IMG/VR virus record: IMGVR_UViG_3300029305_002672
Strand: one strand, 5' to 3'
DNA from: an uncultured virus (IMG/VR IMGVR_UViG_3300029305_002672)
Taxonomy: Duplodnaviria; Heunggongvirae; Uroviricota; Caudoviricetes
Length of the DNA: 20,000 bases
Below are positions 15,387-20,000 of this stretch, piece by piece. The position numbers and the translations under genes are program-made. Below the pieces are notes generated by a model. The model worked only from the letters and a program-made list of their open reading frames with translations. It was not told the origin of the DNA and searched no databases. The first letter of the stretch is position 1. Each line of letters begins with the position of its first letter.

Positions 15387-15722
15387 ATGAGCAAGCACCT
15401 TCACGCCGTCGAGTTTGACGGAACGACCTTCGGAATGCCCATAGAAACCGACACTATCGCATACCGAAAATTCAAGAGCCAAGTGAAATGCGAAACAGCA
15501 ATCACCGTTTTTGGAGCCGAGGTAAGGGTCCTCACGGTACCGTATTTATTCCTGGCAGCCATCATGGGAGAGGCTCACTGGCTCGTTACCGAACGCAAAG
15601 ATTTTAATAAATTTTATATCGAGGGCTTCAAAGACGACGAATTCATATACGTCAAGTACACGGATTCTCTGGACTTCAGAGACCGATTCGGAACGAAGCT
15701 CCCGAGGGAGGATCAGACATGA
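15387..15722 (+). CDS. hypothetical protein
   Basis: GAGGTG RBS before ATG 15387. Confidence 0.7.
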   Translation: MSKHLHAVEFDGTTFGMPIETDTIAYRKFKSQVKCETAITVFGAEVRVLTVPYLFLAAIMGEAHWLVTERKDFNKFYIEGFKDDEFIYVKYTDSLDFRDRFGTKLPREDQT

Positions 15723-16054
15723 CCGAAACAGATAGATTACTTGAAGTGCTATACCCTGTGCTCAAAGAAAAGGTTGGTCATATGCCACTTTGCAAAGCTA
15801 TGGAGATAGCCGATGCACTTCTTGCAAAAGGCATACTCACGCCGCCGGTGAAGATTGGCCAGACGGTGTACTACGCAATCGAAGAAATAGAGGGATACGA
15901 CGATTATGTCGGCTCCTACGAGGCCCAAGGCGTGGCATTTATCCAAGGCAAGTGGTATGTATTCGAAGGCCCCGAAGACTGCTACGAGGTAGGCTCCCCT
16001 TTATGTAAACTCACCCGAGAGGAAGCGGAGGAACTGTTGAATGGACAAAAATAA
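15719..16054 (+). CDS. phage hypothetical protein (AD.L…G…PP.K.G.TVY…LTREEAE pattern)
   Basis: GGAGG RBS, ATGA overlap, pattern common in Firmicutes phages. Confidence 0.75.
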   Translation: MTETDRLLEVLYPVLKEKVGHMPLCKAMEIADALLAKGILTPPVKIGQTVYYAIEEIEGYDDYVGSYEAQGVAFIQGKWYVFEGPEDCYEVGSPLCKLTREEAEELLNGQK

Positions 16055-16382
16055 GCAGCTTGAGGAAATGGCGAAAGAATTATCACAAGTGCAAAATATA
16101 GGCATTGTGATAATTGAAAGTCAAATGGACTCTCGAAATTCATACCAAAAACAGATAACCAACAACACTGTTGCTAAACACCTTTACGATAAAGACTACC
16201 GCAAGCAGAGCGAGGTTGCTTCGGCAGTGATTGGAGATGTGTGGGATTTTCTTGAAAGCCGAAACGGAGTAGGTTATGTCAGTATTGGCATTGTTGAATT
16301 AAAGCGAAGGCTTTACGAACTCAAAAAGAAATACGGTGTGACCGACACAAATGTCGGGAGCAAAGACGAGGAGGGCAAATAA
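16041..16382 (+). CDS. phage hypothetical protein
   Basis: GGAGG RBS; YRKQSEVA…ELKKKY pattern. Confidence 0.75.
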   Translation: MDKNKQLEEMAKELSQVQNIGIVIIESQMDSRNSYQKQITNNTVAKHLYDKDYRKQSEVASAVIGDVWDFLESRNGVGYVSIGIVELKRRLYELKKKYGVTDTNVGSKDEEGK

Positions 16383-16561
16383 TGGGTTGTCAGTGTTTAT
16401 ATTGCAAGCACGTCGGCGTGGTTAAAGATAATCACGGAGGATATCATTCAATATGTGTTTGCGAGGAAAGCGAAAGCTTCTTAAAAGTGATATCTTTGCT
16501 TGAGAATTGCGACCACGGCGAAGTGGAGTCAGACGAGGAAGAAACGGAGGATGAGGAATGA
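16382..16561 (+). CDS. small Cys-rich protein with acidic tail (59 aa)
   Basis: TAATG overlap, GAGGAG RBS, TGA 16559-16561; not in the ORF track. Confidence 0.7.
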   Translation: MGCQCLYCKHVGVVKDNHGGYHSICVCEESESFLKVISLLENCDHGEVESDEEETEDEE

Positions 16562-17076
16562 GTAGCACAATAATTTACACATTCGATAAAAATGGCAACG
16601 CACAACATTTCGCGGATGTCAAAAACGCTTGGCGCGGAGCCATGGCCGTATGGATGGAGCTGGAGAAACGTCACCTCCCGCCGTTCCGAACCGGATACAG
16701 CCGCATGGCTGCATTCTATGACGAAAACGCCGCAAACGATATCTGGAATCTTGCCAATCGAGCAGACATCCCGATTCATGAGCGCATCGTGCTTCACACT
16801 ACCTTTGACAATTGCCTGGTCAAAGTGGAAGACATACCCAAAGTCATCACCGCCTTCCGCGAATTTGACGGAATCACATCCCTGCCCGAACAGGCCGACC
16901 TGCTCGAAAAGCTCCCAAACGACACCATTGCCGTAGGTTGGTGCCAAACAAGCGTGAGCTGCGATAACTGGAGCAATTTTGGAGGATACGACGAGGAAAA
17001 CGACGCGAGTATCCCATATAATTGTCTCACTATGAACAAGCACTATTGGCTATTTGATGAATTGGAGGACGAATGA
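16558..17076 (+). CDS. hypothetical protein
   Basis: 172-aa ORF, GGAGG RBS, ATGA overlap. Confidence 0.8.
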   Translation: MSSTIIYTFDKNGNAQHFADVKNAWRGAMAVWMELEKRHLPPFRTGYSRMAAFYDENAANDIWNLANRADIPIHERIVLHTTFDNCLVKVEDIPKVITAFREFDGITSLPEQADLLEKLPNDTIAVGWCQTSVSCDNWSNFGGYDEENDASIPYNCLTMNKHYWLFDELEDE

Positions 17077-17228
17077 TGTTTCTTGACGATATTTGGATGC
17101 CCTATGGCAGAACTCCACTTCCCGATGAAATAAAGACTCGCTCGAAGCGTTGCGGACTTACCCATAAACAATGGGAAAAGAAAAAGCGAGAGCGCAAAAA
17201 CAGAAAGAAAGCGAGGAAAAAGAAATGA
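17073..17228 (+). CDS. small very basic protein (51 aa, Lys/Arg tail)
   Basis: GGAGG RBS, ATGA overlaps at both ends; not in the ORF track. Confidence 0.65.
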   Translation: MMFLDDIWMPYGRTPLPDEIKTRSKRCGLTHKQWEKKKRERKNRKKARKKK

Positions 17229-17569
17229 CCGACCATAAGTTCACAGACGAGCAGACTATAAAGGCGTTGGATCATTGTCGGAACGGAGATCGAGGCTCAA
17301 AGTGTTCTAAATGCGAGTATGTAACAGGGTGTAAGCCTTGGTTGATTGGATTAGCCCTTGACCTCATAAATCGGCAGATGGCAGAGATTGCGAGATTGAA
17401 AAAATATTATTTCACTCACGATTATCACGAATGCCACAACGAAGCCATCAAAGAGTTTGCGGATAAGCTCAAAGAAGAACTTACAACGGGAGCGGCAGTA
17501 ATGAGGGTATCGACTCTCGACATAATAGACCGCCTTGTAAAAGAAATAACGGAGGAAAAGACCGAATGA
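17225..17569 (+). CDS. phage hypothetical protein with Cys cluster and EAIKEFA motif
   Basis: GAGG RBS before ATG 17225; pattern common in Clostridia phages. Confidence 0.75.
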   Translation: MTDHKFTDEQTIKALDHCRNGDRGSKCSKCEYVTGCKPWLIGLALDLINRQMAEIARLKKYYFTHDYHECHNEAIKEFADKLKEELTTGAAVMRVSTLDIIDRLVKEITEEKTE

Positions 17570-17832
17570 AAAGAATAATTGCAATATGCGCACTGATACT
17601 GTGCATCAGTTTATGTTCGTGCGGGGTAAAGGTATTGCGCAACGAGGATATTGCCGAGAGTGCCCCCTCTAACATATCAATGTTTATCGAGATAGAATCG
17701 ACGAGCAGCTGGAAGGTTGTTTACCATAAAGACACGAAAGTGATGTATGTCGTAAGCTGGGGCGGCTATAATTGTGGAAACTTCACTCTGCTTGTCAATG
17801 CCGATGGATCGCCAATGGTATATGGGGGGTAA
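17566..17832 (+). CDS. predicted lipoprotein (DUF6440-like)
   Basis: Signal peptide with lipobox LCSC; VY.KDTKVMY…LVNADG.P motif. Confidence 0.75.
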   Translation: MKRIIAICALILCISLCSCGVKVLRNEDIAESAPSNISMFIEIESTSSWKVVYHKDTKVMYVVSWGGYNCGNFTLLVNADGSPMVYGG

Positions 17833-17837
17833 GAACC

Positions 17838-18071
17838 ATGCCAAAGTGTGAGAATTGCCAATACAAGGAAGAACTCCGCAACCCCAGAACCGGGACTGCG
17901 CATTGCTACTGCAAACACCCAGACCAAGAATACATCCAAGATTTTCTCAAAGCTCGCATGAGCAATCGTTATCCGGGATTCATCGGCTTCAGGAGAGGGA
18001 ATGGCGAATTCCCGGTCAAAGGCTCTCCCAAATGGTGTCCTCTCAAGAAGGACGGAAAGGGGCAGAAATGA
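17838..18071 (+). CDS. small Cys-rich protein
   Basis: CENC…YC.HP…PKWCPL; GGGGG RBS. Confidence 0.7.
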   Translation: MPKCENCQYKEELRNPRTGTAHCYCKHPDQEYIQDFLKARMSNRYPGFIGFRRGNGEFPVKGSPKWCPLKKDGKGQK

Positions 18072-18427
18072 CATTTTCGGTTATTGATAACAAGACCGGC
18101 CGCAAAGCTGACACCTACCAGATCGCATTAAAAGAAGAATGGGCAAAGCATCTGATGTACTGCGATATGGACGGCTTCGCAATAACAGAGGACGGAACGC
18201 TCGTATTGCTTGACGAGTGCGGCGGAGTTGCTTATTGTCCCAATGACCGATTCCAGATAGTCTTTCATGGGGACAGCTACATCAAAGCCTTCAGAACCAC
18301 GACTCCCGAGGAGATTGAACAACAGACGCCGAGCTATTTGGACAAACTCAGAACCATAACTCACGAGGGGCGCGAGCTGTACCTCATGGGCAACTGGCAG
18401 GAGGGAGAGGACGATGGCAAAATGTAA
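18068..18427 (+). CDS. hypothetical protein
   Basis: AAGGGG RBS and ATGA overlap at 18068. Confidence 0.75.
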   Translation: MTFSVIDNKTGRKADTYQIALKEEWAKHLMYCDMDGFAITEDGTLVLLDECGGVAYCPNDRFQIVFHGDSYIKAFRTTTPEEIEQQTPSYLDKLRTITHEGRELYLMGNWQEGEDDGKM

Positions 18428-18671
18428 AGCCTGCGGAGCTCCCATCGTCTGGATCGAGATGGAGTCAGGCAAGAAAATGCCCTGCGATGCAGAGCAGGTC
18501 GTCTACTGGCAAGATAAGCAGGGAGAAGCGACCATAATAACCCCCAACGGAGAAACCATCAGAGCGACCCTCATACCTCAAGCAACGGACCCCACGGGTA
18601 TCGGGTATATACCCCATTGGGCGACGTGTCCCCACGCAACACACTTCAAGAGAAAGGATTCCCCATCATGA
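18414..18671 (+). CDS. phage Zn-binding protein (C..CG..I.W…GK.MP.D…H..TCP family)
   Basis: Recognisable motif; GGAG RBS. Confidence 0.8.
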   Translation: MAKCKACGAPIVWIEMESGKKMPCDAEQVVYWQDKQGEATIITPNGETIRATLIPQATDPTGIGYIPHWATCPHATHFKRKDSPS

Positions 18672-18925
18672 CCCAGATCAAGACCATCTATGAACGAAAA
18701 GCCGACGACTTCGACAGAAAGGTCAACGACGCCTTAAAAGAAGGCTGGAGGCTGAAAAAACGCGTTATAGGCTCCGATATGATAGGCCCTCAATTCATTG
18801 CCGAACTGGTGATGGATATGCACACCTGCGACGACTGCAAGCACCGAGGCGCGTTGCTGACGGAAGAACCATGCATCAGCTGCAGCGCCAGCTTCTCAAA
18901 TTGGGAGGAGGCTAACCATGAATAA
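18668..18925 (+). CDS. DUF1737-like N-terminus plus Cys-rich C-terminus
   Basis: F…VN.AL.EGW.L motif; CDDC…PCISC; GAAAGGA RBS. Confidence 0.65.
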   Translation: MTQIKTIYERKADDFDRKVNDALKEGWRLKKRVIGSDMIGPQFIAELVMDMHTCDDCKHRGALLTEEPCISCSASFSNWEEANHE

Positions 18926-19706
18926 GGGCAAAGTCGAAGACAGCAACTACTATACCGTCCAGGGGTGGATGATAAACCGCCTCGGCCTCAAGGGCATACA
19001 GCTGAGCTTATACGCCATCATCTACGGTTTTTCACAGGGCGGGGAGAATGAATACCGAGGAAGAATCCAATACCTCTGCGAGTTCACGGGAGGCACCAGC
19101 AAGCCAACTGTCATCAATGCCCTCAAGGAGCTCGTCGAAAAGGGATACCTCCAAAAGCGTGAAGAGGTCATCAACGGTGTACTTTTTGTCCGATACCGCG
19201 CCATCAGACCGTCTGAGGAGGGGGGTAAAGAAATTTTACCCCCGGTAAAAAAATTTAACGGGGGTAGTAAAGAAATTTTACCGACCCCCGGTAAAGAAAT
19301 TTTACCGCCTACATTACAAAATAATAATACAAACTTTGATATAGATAGGGGAAAAGAGCCCACGGAGCAGCTTGTGGACCTCTACAATCGAACCTGCCCA
19401 TCACTCCCTCCTGTTGAATACATCACGGAAAACCGCACGGTAGCCGTAAAGGAACTATCGAAGACGTTCACCATGGAGCAGATGCTGCAATGCTTCAGGA
19501 TCGCGGAATCCTCCAAATTCCTCAATGGGCAAAACCCCCGACGCTGGAAAGCCACGTTTGACTGGCTCACCAACCCCGACAACGTGGCCAAGGTGCTCGA
19601 AGGCAACTTCACCGACGACAACGGTCAAGCAAGCAGCTCATTCGACACCGATGAGTTCTTCAAAGCCGCCCTTGAGAGCTCATATTGGGAGAAAGAAGCA
19701 CAGTAA
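18918..19706 (+). CDS. phage replication initiator / replisome organizer (N-terminal winged HTH)
   Basis: YAIIYGFSQ…YL.EF.G.SK.TV…LK.L.EKG; internal iterons; C-terminal S.FL.G.N…WKATFDWL…N..KVLEGN domain. Confidence 0.88.
   Translation: MNKGKVEDSNYYTVQGWMINRLGLKGIQLSLYAIIYGFSQGGENEYRGRIQYLCEFTGGTSKPTVINALKELVEKGYLQKREEVINGVLFVRYRAIRPSEEGGKEILPPVKKFNGGSKEILPTPGKEILPPTLQNNNTNFDIDRGKEPTEQLVDLYNRTCPSLPPVEYITENRTVAVKELSKTFTMEQMLQCFRIAESSKFLNGQNPRRWKATFDWLTNPDNVAKVLEGNFTDDNGQASSSFDTDEFFKAALESSYWEKEAQ
19224..19346. repeat. replication origin: four palindromic iterons followed by an AT-rich stretch
   Basis: GTAAAGAAATTTTACC at 19225, 19267, 19291 and variant GTAAAAAAATTTAACG at 19245; (G)GTAAA-N5-TTTAC(C) dyad; AT-rich about 19311-19346. 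Confidence 0.85.
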
Positions 19707-19731
19707 ATCAAAAGGTCATTGGCAAAAACTA

Positions 19732-19811
19732 CAGAAATTGCCTTGAAACTTGCAGAAAAAGTGCTATAATAAATACAGCATTATAACAGCAAACCATCAG
19801 AAATTTAACAG
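19732..19811 (+). promoter_or_regulatory. promoter P3 with 11-bp-phased CAG array
   Basis: TTGAAA 19743-19748, TGC-TATAAT 19762-19770; CAG at 19732, 19753, 19776, 19787, 19798, 19809. Confidence 0.85.
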
Positions 19812-19823
19812 TGAGGTGCCGTA

Positions 19824-20000
19824 ATGAAGTATTATTCCGCAAATCGCTGCTCCATCTGCGGAGCGACCATCCCCAAAGGTCAAATGCGGTGCGCCATCTG
19901 CAAGGAAGAGTACCCCTGCTCCGATTGCGACAGGAAAGACAAGTCAACCTGTATGTGCCGCCAATGGAAGCGCTGGTTTCATGCTCAATGGGAGCGTTTC
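19824..20000 (+). CDS. Cys-rich Zn-finger protein, 3'-truncated (MKYYSANRCSICG…)
   Basis: GAGGTG RBS, open to the window end. Confidence 0.7.
   Translation, partial: MKYYSANRCSICGATIPKGQMRCAICKEEYPCSDCDRKDKSTCMCRQWKRWFHAQWERF

Larger units (their letters stand above)
1..20000. mobile_element. Temperate phage (possible phage-plasmid) early/replication region, probably excised or circular form; host probably Clostridia
   Basis: Large serine integrase, YqaJ/Bet recombination pair, replication initiator with iterons, ParA/ParB, dense co-oriented small ORFs with ATGA overlaps; no recognisable host housekeeping genes on either side of the integrase. Confidence 0.9.

Overview
The whole window looks like the early/replication half of a temperate phage, possibly a phage-plasmid, of a Clostridia-type Firmicute (inferred from AAGGAGG/GAAAGGA ribosome sites, sigma-A-like promoters and the gene families). 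Almost all genes are on the + strand. In order: small hypothetical genes; a long ParB-like protein; a YkgJ-type Cys-cluster protein; a ParA ATPase with a ribbon-helix-helix (RHH) partner; a minus-strand large serine integrase with a candidate attP just past its stop; an early operon (GGCT-like, AbrB-like, macrodomain, YqaJ exonuclease, DUF1351-like, Bet/RecT); many small Zn-finger and hypothetical genes; and a replication initiator with four internal palindromic iterons. Phage genes lie on both sides of the integrase, so this is probably the excised/circular form. The most striking non-coding signal is a family of four promoters (about 196-311, 7156-7223, 9952-10056, 19732-19811) covered by CAG motifs on an 11-bp phase. 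No CI/Cro gene sits at the integrase/early-operon junction, which suggests the partition RHH protein, or another filament-forming regulator, controls the lytic promoters. The candidate attP also carries a near-consensus Firmicutes LexA box, an extended -10 pointing antisense to the integrase, and an orphan perfect Shine-Dalgarno reading across the core. All calls come from reading the sequence by eye; no database searches were run.
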